Shown here: one piece after another, positions 28,389-38,352 of the stretch
How the letters are laid out: every line of letters starts with the position of its first letter
Numbering within the stretch: position 1 is the first letter of the stretch
Assembly: GCA_963837955.1 (NCBI GenBank)
Contig: CAWIPH010000001.1
Location: 160,001-224,000 of the forward strand
Reading direction: 5' to 3'
Source of the DNA: an uncultured Verrucomicrobiae bacterium
GTDB taxonomy: Bacteria; Verrucomicrobiota; Verrucomicrobiia; Chthoniobacterales; JAFAMB01
DNA: 64,000 nucleotides
Program-made: the position numbers and the translations under genes
The notes under the pieces: generated by a model
Told to the model about the DNA's origin: nothing
Databases searched by the model: none
Seen by the model: only the letters and a program-made list of their open reading frames with translations

Positions 28389-29330
28389 CTATTTGCTATT
28401 TGCTATCGCTTCCAGATCAAGCGCCTTCAGCAACGCTCGATCTTCGTCCACCCCTGGGTTTGCGGCGGTCAAGAGCTTGTCGCCGTAGAAGAGCGAGTTG
28501 GCGCCGGCAAAAAAACAAAGCGCTTGAGCTTCCCGAGAAAGTTTGGTTCGGCCCGCGGATAGGCGAACGCGCGCTTTCGGAAGCGCGATACGGGTCGTCG
28601 CAATGAGACGGATCAATTCGAAAACATCGACAGGAGGTTGCTTTTCCAGCGGTGTCCCCGGCATCGGGACCAGGCAATTAATCGGTACGCTTTCCGGAGC
28701 GGGATTGAAGCCGGTTAGGACCTGCAACATCTTCAAACGATCGAGCGGAGATTCGCCCATCCCGATGATCCCTCCACAACACACCGCGATCCTGGCCTGC
28801 TGGACAGCCCGGATTGTGTTTAAACGATCTTGAAAGGTGTGCGTCGATACGATGTTTGGATAGTAATCTTCAGAAGTATCTAGGTTGTGATTGTAGGCAG
28901 TAACGCCCGCCACTTTCAGTTTCTCAGCTTCGCCTACTGTTAACTGTCCCAGGGTAACACAGACTTCCATTCCAAGCCGGCTTACCGCCTGCACAATCTC
29001 GAGTACCTGCGCGAATTTCGGTTCGCCGTCCCGCACACCTTTCCAGGCCGCACCCATACAAAAGCGCGTGGAACCGTTCGCTTTCGCTCGTTCAGCAATT
29101 TTCAGCACGGCCGCTGGCTCCATCAGGGCTTCGCGGGAGATAGCTGTCTGATATCGCGCGCTTTGCGCGCAGTAAGCGCAATCCTCACTGCACCCTCCTG
29201 TCTTGATGCTGAGCAGAGTGCAGAGCTGGACACTGTGATCTTTCCAGTGTTGCACGAACATTGCCCGGGCTTTGCTGAGCAATTCAAAAAATGGCAGATC
29301 ATAAATTTCCTGCAGCTGGGCGAGCTTCAT
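28389..29330 (-). CDS. bioB: Biotin synthase
   Basis: SIKTGGCSEDCAYCAQS (radical SAM), RFCMGAAW, YNHNLDTS, CCGGIIGMGE, PESVPIN, RLSAGR, GDKLLT. Confidence 0.97.
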   Translation of the reverse strand: MKLAQLQEIYDLPFFELLSKARAMFVQHWKDHSVQLCTLLSIKTGGCSEDCAYCAQSARYQTAISREALMEPAAVLKIAERAKANGSTRFCMGAAWKGVRDGEPKFAQVLEIVQAVSRLGMEVCVTLGQLTVGEAEKLKVAGVTAYNHNLDTSEDYYPNIVSTHTFQDRLNTIRAVQQARIAVCCGGIIGMGESPLDRLKMLQVLTGFNPAPESVPINCLVPMPGTPLEKQPPVDVFELIRLIATTRIALPKARVRLSAGRTKLSREAQALCFFAGANSLFYGDKLLTAANPGVDEDRALLKALDLEAIANSK

Positions 29331-29615
29331 AAGAATGTTGTTTTTTCCGCTAGGATTTTCGCCTTCGTATTCGTCCGTCGTGAACCCATTACAGTTAGGA
29401 TGTGTCGCTCCGCGACCCAGCGTCGAGGACATTGTCGAGCCTTGTTAGGCCGAAAACCTTTACCGGAAAGATACTGCGCCAATATTTTAAGGCCTTGCGG
29501 GAAATGACTAGTCGGTGATCCGGCTCTCGCGGAGCGAGAAACCCTACCGGCAATGGGTTTAGGGTGACGAACACGAGTACGATTGTGATTAAGGCTTCGC
29601 CACTCGGTCGATCCT

Positions 29616-30320
29616 CTAGCTTCCCGTGACCCACTTTCCGGTCGGAGACACCAGTACCGGCAACTCATTGGTCATGTACTGCGTCTTACAGTCTGCACCA
29701 ATCATCTTAGCACCGGTCGCTTCCCGCCATCCGGCTGACATCTCCTGGCCGGTGTAACAACCCCATGATTGCACTTGCGCGTCCCGCGTAAAAATCCCCC
29801 GATGAAGCTTCGTCTTCAATTCGCTGACGTGAAGCCACGCCTTGGAGGCACTCCCAATTTCGTTGCTGTAATCGAACATGAAACAAGCGCGGTTTGAGTG
29901 GCCGAAGTAGTCAAATGTCGCGATCTTGTAGCGGGACCGGTCTTGCCCGCGGTTAAGATAATCGCAGAATTGATCGGCACTCTGGAAATAAATCAGATTC
30001 GTTCCGTATTTCGTGCGAACGGAATCGATTATGCTGAATATGCTTTCCTTTTCCTGGGTTTGCCGTCGCTTGTAGCCGGGACTATAGACCAGCCAAGTAA
30101 TCTGCGCGGATGGACCATACTGAGTCCGCAGCTGCTCGATCCTGATACGGCTTGCCCGGATAAAGTTGAGCCACCAGTTGTCATGCGGCTCAATCTTAAA
30201 TTTCTCCCACATCATCAGGGAGACCGCGCCAGTGGCTACAATATGCTCACCAGTGTCCTGACCGAATGCGAACGATGCTAGAGCAATCGCTGCAAAAACC
30301 GCTGTTACGTACCGAAACAT
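29616..30320 (-). CDS. Secreted hypothetical protein with His/Cys motifs (possible clan CD peptidase fold)
   Basis: Signal peptide MFRYVTAVFAAIALASFAFG; FDYFGHSN and SWGCYTG. Confidence 0.65.
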   Translation of the reverse strand: MFRYVTAVFAAIALASFAFGQDTGEHIVATGAVSLMMWEKFKIEPHDNWWLNFIRASRIRIEQLRTQYGPSAQITWLVYSPGYKRRQTQEKESIFSIIDSVRTKYGTNLIYFQSADQFCDYLNRGQDRSRYKIATFDYFGHSNRACFMFDYSNEIGSASKAWLHVSELKTKLHRGIFTRDAQVQSWGCYTGQEMSAGWREATGAKMIGADCKTQYMTNELPVLVSPTGKWVTGS

Positions 30321-30531
30321 GGAAGATGAATTACCTCGGCTTCGCAAAAGTTTCCAGTCTTTCGAAAAGGGACTGCAGATCGGCGAATGGAACCCCAATA
30401 CAGAGAGGGCGCGCAGCGACGTCGTCGGATCCTGGTGCGCCGCGGATCGCGAGGATCGACGTCGCAGAAGCGCACGGTCGTTGAGGCGTGATGTGTGAAA
30501 AAGCTATGTCGGACAGGCTGCGATCCCTCCC

Positions 30532-31551
30532 CTACCGCCGCAAGAAGTCTTCGAGCGCCTGATGGAACTGATCCGGAGCCTCCAAGTGGGGAATGTGTCC
30601 GACATTGGCTAGTTCCACCAAACGCGCACCGGGGATTTGCGTGGCAGCCTTCCGTGCTAGTTCGACTACATGCCCGAGATTTCTTCGAACATCGATCGGA
30701 GCGCGATCGCGCCCGATGGCGGTGTGATCTTCCTGTCCAACTATCAGCAGCGTCGGCACTTTTATCTCAGCGAATTCGTAACAAACCGGATCCTGGTAAA
30801 CCATGAGATCAGTCAACGCGGCCGCCCGCGCCCAGCGCGGGAAATCCCCGCTCAGAGTTACCCGCAAGCGAGGTTCGACGAATACTTCCGCTTTCTCCGG
30901 CGGATAATGAACGAAATAGCCTTGTACGTATTTTCGGTAATCTTCCAAACTCGTGTTGAGTTCCTGTTGGTACAATTGTTCCAACGGAGCAGGCGGTACC
31001 GATAACCGATAATCTTCTAGACCAATCGGGTCTTCCAGAACCAGCGCTTCGGTACGACCCGGATATAGCCGGGCAAACCGGATTGCCAACATGCCGCCCA
31101 TGGAATGGCCGACCACGCTTGCCTTCGGAATCTGTAGGAGATCAAGCAAGCCAGCGGTGTTTTCCGCCAAAAAATCGAGACTGTAATGGACGTCTGCCTT
31201 TGACGACTTTCCGAATCCAATTTGGTCAGGAACAATCACTCTATAGCCACGATCGGTGAGGAACTTGATAGTATCGATCCAATAGGCGCCCCAAAAATTC
31301 TTACCATGCAACAGAACAACTGTTCGACCGTTCGCATTCTTTGTCGGCTGCACGTCCATGAAACACATTCGGACATCCTGACCTTCCGTGTACAGGTTCA
31401 GATACGCCGTCGGATACGGATACTTCAGCTCTTCATAGCATGTGCCGATCGGCGTATCGTATCGATCTGGTAAAGTTTTCTCCTCTGCCTGAGCGACTGA
31501 TAAGAAAGCGGACACCAGCACCAGCCACAAAAAAGTCCGATTGATTCTCAC
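30532..31551 (-). CDS. Secreted alpha/beta hydrolase
   Basis: Signal peptide; LLHGKNF, PDQIGFGKS, GHSMGG, GHIPH. Confidence 0.9.
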   Translation of the reverse strand: MRINRTFLWLVLVSAFLSVAQAEEKTLPDRYDTPIGTCYEELKYPYPTAYLNLYTEGQDVRMCFMDVQPTKNANGRTVVLLHGKNFWGAYWIDTIKFLTDRGYRVIVPDQIGFGKSSKADVHYSLDFLAENTAGLLDLLQIPKASVVGHSMGGMLAIRFARLYPGRTEALVLEDPIGLEDYRLSVPPAPLEQLYQQELNTSLEDYRKYVQGYFVHYPPEKAEVFVEPRLRVTLSGDFPRWARAAALTDLMVYQDPVCYEFAEIKVPTLLIVGQEDHTAIGRDRAPIDVRRNLGHVVELARKAATQIPGARLVELANVGHIPHLEAPDQFHQALEDFLRR

Positions 31552-31608
31552 GCTTCTATAATACGGGTGAACGGCCCTGGATCGTCAAGTGTGGGCCGTT
31601 CGGCCACA

Positions 31609-31658
31609 AACGGCTCAAGCCAACCCGGCGTTGCGCCGGCTTAGGCTTTCGCCCTACC
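31609..31658 (-). repeat. GTAG-tagged REP-like element, copy 2
   Basis: Reverse complement GGTAGGGCGAAAGCCTAA-N17-TTGGCTTGAGCCGTT. Confidence 0.8.
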
Positions 31659-31688
31659 AATCTTGGGCGATCCTCACGTAAACATTCA

Positions 31689-32963
31689 TCAATCCTCTTC
31701 ATCATCCACATCGGTGATTTCGAGCGTCTCGATTTCCGGTAAGGAGGCCGTCCCGATAATACCTTGCAGGTCGCCGTACATTCCAGACAACCCACTCAAG
31801 ACCGTTTGGATCTGCTTTTCCCGCCTACTCCAATGCTTCATGAGCGCACGCTTCTCCTTGCTTAGCTGGTCCTGCATGCCGACGAAGGTTTGGATGATCG
31901 CGTTGACTCTTTCCCGGAACTCCGGGCCTGTCAGATAGCGATACACCACGTCCATTTTTTGATCGCGTCCTTCTGCCGAAGCACGAGCAAACGCCAGATT
32001 GATGACCTGCTGGCGCAACATCGTCGCTACCGCAAACCAGACAGAAAGGCTGCAAACGTACATCCCATCAACCTGATCAAAGTATTTCACCCCTTCCGGC
32101 AATACGGTGGAGACCAGCACACCAAACTCCGATTTAGAACTGATTACGTCCTTTCGCAATTTCTCTAACCACTTGCCGTTCCAGCTTTGTGCGTTTTTCG
32201 TTTCCCAGGTGATCGAACCGCAATTTCTTCCCTCCGCAATAATGATGGTGTGTAAAATGTCAGCGCCATATGCCCCGTTGGCAATCGGCTCGACCCGATC
32301 AGTTGGGAAACGGAAGGCCAGCTCCGCTTCCAGGGTCAATTCCAGCGCTTCGCCTTGAGCTTGTTGAGAGCCTTGCTCCATTCGTCGGCGCAGCTCGTCA
32401 GCCGCCTGTTTGGCGTCATCTCTTTGCTTCTCTAATTCTTTTTGTTTGAGGCGGAGCGTTTCCAATTCTTGTTCGAACTTTTCGCCGAGTGTTTTCTCCG
32501 CCATAATCCTTGCTTCGCTCTGAGACGACTCCCGCGCATCCGCGGCGGCTTTGGCTAGCGCCAGACTCTGCTCGGCTTTGAGCGCATCTATCGTTTGCCG
32601 CAAATTGAACTCTGCGGCGCTCTTTTGCGATAGTTGCCTCCGAATATCGTCAATCAATCGAGATTGGGCTTCAGTTTGTTCTTGGAAAGTTTGTTCTCGG
32701 ATCCTCGCTTTTTGCGCTTCCTCCGATTGGACTGCTTGGCGAATCGCGGCGCGTTCCGCTTCGAGCTGAGCTCGCAATGCAATTTTCTGTTTGGCGTCCG
32801 CTTCTGCTTGCTGTTGCTGTATTCGCCGGACGGTGGATTCGGCCAAACCCTCTCGCAGAGTGAACCGATGTCCATCGCTGAGTGGACACAGGATTTCCTC
32901 ACTTAGACCAATCGTTACCTGTTCATCGTTTGTTTTCATTCTGCGAATCCGGAATGGCTTCAA
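31689..32963 (-). CDS. DUF2130 family coiled-coil protein
   Basis: Long coiled coil, QGSQQAQGEALE, FPTD, GADI, WETKN...W..KL, YLTGPEF, W.RREKQI; start may be 32939. Confidence 0.85.
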   Translation of the reverse strand: MKPFRIRRMKTNDEQVTIGLSEEILCPLSDGHRFTLREGLAESTVRRIQQQQAEADAKQKIALRAQLEAERAAIRQAVQSEEAQKARIREQTFQEQTEAQSRLIDDIRRQLSQKSAAEFNLRQTIDALKAEQSLALAKAAADARESSQSEARIMAEKTLGEKFEQELETLRLKQKELEKQRDDAKQAADELRRRMEQGSQQAQGEALELTLEAELAFRFPTDRVEPIANGAYGADILHTIIIAEGRNCGSITWETKNAQSWNGKWLEKLRKDVISSKSEFGVLVSTVLPEGVKYFDQVDGMYVCSLSVWFAVATMLRQQVINLAFARASAEGRDQKMDVVYRYLTGPEFRERVNAIIQTFVGMQDQLSKEKRALMKHWSRREKQIQTVLSGLSGMYGDLQGIIGTASLPEIETLEITDVDDEED

Positions 32964-33165
32964 TTTACCTCAAAAGGCTGCCGCAGAGAATAACCGAAAC
33001 AGGAATTCTCTTGATCCCGCACCATGCCCTCGGAGGAAGCGAGGAGATTAAAATGTCAACATTCTAAGAATCGTGAACATTCAGGAAGGTTTTCTCTCCT
33101 ATCGAGAGACCCGGCCTTGAATTTTCTTCCAACTTTTTACTCGCAGCCGGTGTACTGAAGACAAC

Positions 33166-33924
33166 ATGTTTGCCCCTTCCCCACTCCTGCTTTCGCTGCT
33201 CTGCTTAACCGTCCCGCTCACCCCAAGTTTCGGTGCCGACATGGTTTCCGAGACCCAGAAATTTGCCTATCCCTTAACCTCGGATAGCCGTTTCCAGCTC
33301 TCCAATCAAAACGGGTCGGTGGAGATTGTCGGTGAAGACACGAACGAGGTTAAGATCGAAGCAACCAAGAAAGCGCGCTCCCAATCTGAGTTAGCTGGAA
33401 TCAAGATCTCAATTGAACAAAGGGATAAGGCGATCGTGGTACAGACAACGCGGGACAACGCCGCCCCGCGCCCCGGAGATATCAGCGTCGAATACCGCAT
33501 ATTCGTCCCGCGCCATCTCGCCGCAGTCGACGTGGTCCTGTCCAATGGGAGCGTTGTGGCAAAAAATCTCGAGGCAGCCGTTACTTTGAGATCAACCAAC
33601 GGAGCGATCGAAGCGACCGACGTGCTGGGGGAAGCGGATCTCGAGTCGGAGAATGGCTCAGTCGCGTTAACGCAAATTCATACTGCGTCGACCGCGAAAC
33701 TGCTGACAACCAACGGTTCTATTTCGCTCACACTTCCGGCGTCGGCGAGCGTTTCGTTGCAGGCTAAAACTACGGTTGGTCGGATCCAATCTGATCTGCC
33801 GAGCAACCAAAGGCGGCGCGTCAACATAGTTGGTGAAGAGTTGCAAGCAACGCTAGGCGCCGGCGCGAGCCCGATTCAGCTCAGGACCGTGAACGGGGCC
33901 ATTCAAATTCAGACAAAGGGGTGA
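33166..33924 (+). CDS. DUF4097/adhesin-like beta-strand repeat protein
   Basis: Signal peptide; repeated SNGSV/TNGAI/TTNGSI/TVNGAI units. Confidence 0.8.
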   Translation: MFAPSPLLLSLLCLTVPLTPSFGADMVSETQKFAYPLTSDSRFQLSNQNGSVEIVGEDTNEVKIEATKKARSQSELAGIKISIEQRDKAIVVQTTRDNAAPRPGDISVEYRIFVPRHLAAVDVVLSNGSVVAKNLEAAVTLRSTNGAIEATDVLGEADLESENGSVALTQIHTASTAKLLTTNGSISLTLPASASVSLQAKTTVGRIQSDLPSNQRRRVNIVGEELQATLGAGASPIQLRTVNGAIQIQTKG

Positions 33925-34032
33925 TGTGGAGGACGAATAGGAAACACGGACTAAGGAAGCGGGTGGATTACTAGCGGTCCCGCAGACGAGCATGTACGTC
34001 AACATTAGAGGAAGGATATGCGCGGAGAGGAG

Positions 34033-34295
34033 TCGTCCCGGAGGGACTTAATGAAAGAAGCCCAGTACGAAGTGCTGGGGTGGCGTTCAAAAAAACCGAC
34101 CCGTCCCGGCCTGTCCGCCATAGTCAGGATGACGAAGGAGGAACGGGACGATCGACGGCTCCTTACGCTGATGAAGCCGCAGGAGAGGACGAGGAGCCAA
34201 GACGCTTCTATCGTCCCAGACGGGACGGACGTCTCTTTTTGCATTATTCCCAGCACTTCGTACTGGGCTACTTTCGTTGAGTCCCTCCGGGACGA
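34033..34295. repeat. REP/MITE-like element with 47-bp terminal inverted repeats
   Basis: 34033-34079 versus reverse complement of 34249-34295: 44/47 identical. Lies between convergent genes. Confidence 0.85.
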
Positions 34296-34331
34296 GGTGA
34301 TAGGACAGTCGCCGCTTCCGAAGACCTCTTT

Positions 34332-35474
34332 TCAGACGATCACGAGATCCACGCCTGGCAATTCCTGCATTAACCGATCGTGTAGCTGCCGTCTCGTCCA
34401 ACCCAATAATCGCTTACCCGGGCGACCCAAAATGACGTGGGTAATGCCATACTCGCGAACAAAGGAGACCAGCGCTTCCGCAACGTTCTCGTGCTTTAGC
34501 GAGATCACTAAACCTCCCATTTTTTGGGCCGTTTCCAAGGTATCAGCCACTCTGCGTTGCACTGTCGCATCGATGTTTATCGCGGACTCGCTCGGAGTTC
34601 GGACATAAACAGCGTACCATTGGGCATTTAACTGCGCGGCCAATCGGGCGGTTTTACGCAACATTTTTCCCGGGTCCGGACCAGAACTGCTAATAGCCAC
34701 CATGACCTGACCCATTCCGCCGACATTGCCTGGACTACTCTCCTGTTCGGCGCTCTCGCGTTCTTTGCGATCCAGGATATTAGCCGTTTCGCTGAGGGTC
34801 ATCTCCCGCAGTCGCGTCAGGTTTTTCGTGGTAAAAAAATTTGCGAGCGCGGTCTCGACCCGTTCCTTTGGATAAATCTTCCCCGCCTGCAAGCGTTCTT
34901 GCAGATCCTCGGCCGGCAGATCGATATTCACGATCTGATCCGCTTGAGCCACAATTTCGTCCGGAACTCGCTCTTTGACCCGAACGCCGGTCGATTCTTC
35001 AACGATGTTATAGAGCGATTCGAGGTGCTGGATGTTCACCGTCGTGATTACATTAATCCCGGCTTGGAGCAGCTCTTGGACATCTTCATAACGCTTGCGA
35101 TTGCGACTTTGCGGTGCATTCGTATGCGCAAGCTCATCGACGAGTACAACCGTCGGTTTCCGGTTCAACACCGCATCCACATCCATCTCGCGGAGAGTGA
35201 TCCCGTGATACTGCGCAACTAGCGGGGGTATGATTTCCAGGTCGCCGATCTGCGCTGCGGTTTCCGGCCGATCGTGCGGTTCGACGTAGCCGATGACCAC
35301 GTCAATTCCTTGGCGGCGCAGCCGATTACCCTCAACCAACATGTGGTAAGTCTTCCCGACTCCGGCACAGGGGCCCAAATAGATTTTGAGTTTTCCGAGT
35401 TGCTGCTGCCGAATAATCGAGAGGAAGTCGTCAGCAGTACGCCTGAGATTAGCAGGAGGATTCGCGGCCGCCAT
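34332..35474 (-). CDS. kdpD: KdpD N-terminal sensor domain plus USP domain (no TM or kinase domain)
   Basis: GKLKIYLG..GVGKTY.ML, VDELAHTN, TTVNIQHLESL, NLTRLRE, then a USP domain and stop at 380 aa. Confidence 0.9.
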   Translation of the reverse strand: MAAANPPANLRRTADDFLSIIRQQQLGKLKIYLGPCAGVGKTYHMLVEGNRLRRQGIDVVIGYVEPHDRPETAAQIGDLEIIPPLVAQYHGITLREMDVDAVLNRKPTVVLVDELAHTNAPQSRNRKRYEDVQELLQAGINVITTVNIQHLESLYNIVEESTGVRVKERVPDEIVAQADQIVNIDLPAEDLQERLQAGKIYPKERVETALANFFTTKNLTRLREMTLSETANILDRKERESAEQESSPGNVGGMGQVMVAISSSGPDPGKMLRKTARLAAQLNAQWYAVYVRTPSESAINIDATVQRRVADTLETAQKMGGLVISLKHENVAEALVSFVREYGITHVILGRPGKRLLGWTRRQLHDRLMQELPGVDLVIV

Positions 35475-35648
35475 CCCAATAGTTTACAGGAAAGTCAACG
35501 TTCTCGCGAGCCGAAAGGCCATCGATGCCCAATGGTCGGAGGGGAACTGCTGCCGACTTCGCCATCTATCCGCCATGGCCCAGGGATCATCTGTGCCGTC
35601 CGAAAAATCATAGCCCAGGCTTTCGCCTGGGCTATCCGCCGCGATTTC

Positions 35649-36267
35649 CTACTTGCTGGTTGGCGTGCCAGAAGAGTTCTTTTGCTGAGCGTCCAGGGCA
35701 ATGTTCAGCAAGAGCACATTGACGCCCGGCTCTCCGCCTAGCCAAAGAAACGGACTCTGCGGTCGCTTTGGCTATCGCGGCTTTCACTACGTCGGAAGAA
35801 AGCTCTCGCTCCTTCGCTACGCGCGGAGTCTGTAGTTCCGCATTTCGCAGACTGATATGAGGATCGAGACCGCTCCACGATTCAGTGGCTGCGTCGGCTG
35901 GAATTAAGGTGTCAGCCGGCAATCCGTTTTCCTTACGATAGGCGTCCACTAATCCTTGGATCTGGTCTTTTAGCTTTTGCGAAGTCGGTCCGAGATTCGA
36001 TCCACCCGAACTTGATCCGTCGTAGCCGGTACCAGCGGCCGAAGCACGGGGATGAAAATATTTAGCCCCAGAAAATCCTTGAGCGAGCAGACTGGAACCA
36101 ATCCGCGTTTTATTATCTGGACCTTTCACGAGGCTGCCGTTCGCCTGGTATGGGAACAACAACTGCGAGACGCCCCAGATGACTATCGGATAAAGGCCAC
36201 TGCAGACCACCGCAAAAACGATGGTCGCAACGATGGAGATTCTGATCTCAGTGAGAAATGATTTCAT
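35649..36267 (-). pseudogene. kdpC: K+-transporting ATPase subunit C, frameshifted near the 3' end
   Basis: ANGSL, YFHPRAS, SGGSNLGP, SGLDPHIS. Conserved tail GEPGVNVLLLNIALD is in another frame after about 35760 (one extra base). Could be a sequencing error. Confidence 0.85.
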
Positions 36268-36280
36268 AAATGTTTTCCGG

Positions 36281-38299
36281 TTAAGCGAGGTGCAACCATG
36301 TGATAATTATATCGATCAACTTGATTCCCGGGAACGGCAGGATGATGCCGCCCAAGCCGTAAATCAGTAGATTGCGCTGGAGAATGCGAGCGGCGCCAAG
36401 CGGCCGGAATCGCACCCCTTTGAGTGCCAGCGGAATTAGCGCGACGATAATCACTGCATTGAAAATCACCGCGCTCAGGATCGCACTGAAGGGCGATTTC
36501 AACTGCATGATGTTGAGTGGTCCGATATCATGAAACGTCCCCACCAGCATCGCGGGAATAATGGCAAAGTATTTCGCAACATCGTTGGCAATACTGAACG
36601 TTGTGAGAGCGCCACGGGTGATCAGGAGCTGTTTCCCAATTTCGACGACCTCGATGAGCTTGGTCGGATTCGAGTCGAGATCCACCATGTTACCGGCTTC
36701 TTTTGCGGCCTGGGTCCCAGTGTTCATGGCAACACCCACATCCGCTTGAGCAAGCGCCGGTGCATCGTTGGTTCCGTCACCGGTCATTGCTACCAGGTGA
36801 CCCGCCGCCTGTTCTTTGCGGATCAACGCTAGTTTTTGTTCCGGCTTCGCCTGGGCCAGGAAATCGTCTACTCCGGCCTCTTTAGCGATCGCCGCGGCGG
36901 TTAGCGGATTATCTCCGGTGATCATCACGGTGCGAATTCCCATCGCCCGAAAGCGTTCAAACCGGTCGGCCAATCCCCCTTTTACAATGTCCTTGAGATA
37001 GATCGTTCCGAGCACTTGTTTCGTCGTCGCCACCAGTAGCGGCGTTCCGCCAAGTTGAGAGATCTCTTTGACATCGGCCTGTACCGATTCTGGAATTTTC
37101 CCGCCCACAAAAGCCGCGATGGCGTCTGCCGCACCTTTCCGGTAACGGATGTTTTCCAGATCAACACCGCTCATTCGAGTTTGCGCCGTAAAAGGAACAA
37201 AAGTTGCATGGGGCAACTCGTGCAGCTCTCTCCCGCGAATTCCAAATTCTTTGGCGAGTACGACGATACTGCGTCCTTCCGGAGTTTCGTCGGCTAGAGA
37301 GGCAAGCTGGGCAGCATCAGCCAGCTCGTTCTTCGTCACACCAGGGGCCGGACGAAATTCGCTTGCTTGCCGATTACCGATCGTAATGGTCCCGGTCTTG
37401 TCCAACAAAAGGACATCAACGTCGCCGGCCGCTTCGACGGAACGACCGCTCATGGCCAACACATTCTTTTGCACCAGACGATCGATGCCCGCGATGCCGA
37501 TGGCACTAAGCAGCCCACCGATCGTGGTTGGTATCAAACAGACTAGCAACGCCACCAGGACCGCAATGGTGAAGTCGACGCCCGAATACAAACCGTAAGC
37601 CTTCAACGACATCATCGCGATCAGGAAAATCACGGTGAGCGCCGACAGAAGAATCGTGAGTGCGATTTCATTCGGTGTTTTTTGCCGCTTGGCGCCTTCC
37701 ACCAGCGCGATCATACGATCGATAAAGGTCTCGCCTGGGTTCGACGTGATTTGGACTTTAATCTGGTCGGAAAGAACCTTCGTACCACCCGTGACCGCGC
37801 TGCGGTCTCCGCCCGACTCACGGATCACCGGTGCAGATTCGCCAGTAATCGCGGATTCATCGACGGTCGCCGCGCCTTCGATGACCTCACCATCACCTGG
37901 TATAAGTTCATCGGCCGAGACCACGACGATGTCGCCTTTTCGCAGTTGCTCCGCACCAACCTTCTCAATCTTTCCGCCATTTATTAATTTAAGCGCGAAC
38001 GTTTGAGTACGGGTGGCACGTAAGGCCTTGGCTTGTGCTTTACCGCGCCCTTCCGCCATTGCTTCCGCAAAATTAGCGAAGAGAACCGTGAACCAGAGCC
38101 AGAGCGCGATCTGGAACTCGAATCCAAGATCTTTCCCTCCGTTGAAAAACAGAAAGAAGGTCGTAATCGCGGCGCCGACTTCGGTAACGAACATCACCGG
38201 ATTAGCCGCCAACGTGATCGGGTTGAGTTTCTTAAAAGACTCACCGAGAGCCGGCACAATGATCGCCGGATCAAAAATAGAATGTGTTTTTGCTGCCAT
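36281..38299 (-). CDS. kdpB: K+-transporting ATPase subunit B
   Basis: [37 protein letters not shown]. Confidence 0.98.
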   Translation of the reverse strand: MAAKTHSIFDPAIIVPALGESFKKLNPITLAANPVMFVTEVGAAITTFFLFFNGGKDLGFEFQIALWLWFTVLFANFAEAMAEGRGKAQAKALRATRTQTFALKLINGGKIEKVGAEQLRKGDIVVVSADELIPGDGEVIEGAATVDESAITGESAPVIRESGGDRSAVTGGTKVLSDQIKVQITSNPGETFIDRMIALVEGAKRQKTPNEIALTILLSALTVIFLIAMMSLKAYGLYSGVDFTIAVLVALLVCLIPTTIGGLLSAIGIAGIDRLVQKNVLAMSGRSVEAAGDVDVLLLDKTGTITIGNRQASEFRPAPGVTKNELADAAQLASLADETPEGRSIVVLAKEFGIRGRELHELPHATFVPFTAQTRMSGVDLENIRYRKGAADAIAAFVGGKIPESVQADVKEISQLGGTPLLVATTKQVLGTIYLKDIVKGGLADRFERFRAMGIRTVMITGDNPLTAAAIAKEAGVDDFLAQAKPEQKLALIRKEQAAGHLVAMTGDGTNDAPALAQADVGVAMNTGTQAAKEAGNMVDLDSNPTKLIEVVEIGKQLLITRGALTTFSIANDVAKYFAIIPAMLVGTFHDIGPLNIMQLKSPFSAILSAVIFNAVIIVALIPLALKGVRFRPLGAARILQRNLLIYGLGGIILPFPGIKLIDIIITWLHLA

Positions 38300-38314
38300 A
38301 AAAAAGATTTCTTG

Positions 38315-38338
38315 GTAGGGACGAGCTCCCGCTCGTCC
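38315..38338 (+). repeat. Single GTAG REP in the kdpA-kdpB gap
   Basis: GTAG-GGACGAGC-TCCC-GCTCGTCC; same architecture as 21985-22105. Confidence 0.7.
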
Positions 38339-38352
38339 GTCTTATTGTTCGA

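Larger units (their letters stand above)
27765..28405. mobile_element. Heptamer-arm cassette carrying decayed four-helix-bundle genes
   Basis: Left arm TGGCAAA TGACAAA TGACAGA TGACAGA (27765-27792); right arm TCTGCTA TTTGCTA TTTGCTA (28385-28405). Mobility is inferred. Confidence 0.55.

Noticed and set aside
27765..28405. Diversity-generating retroelement suggested by the Avd-like relics
   Set aside because: No reverse transcriptase and no template/variable repeat pair in the window.
34005..34608. ORFs 34018-34608, 34005-34256, 34080-34280 and 34087-34401
   Set aside because: They run through the palindromic repeat element or antisense to kdpD; no protein motifs.
35750..35770. Programmed ribosomal frameshift in kdpC
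   Set aside because: No slippery heptamer or homopolymer at the shift; error or mutation is more likely.
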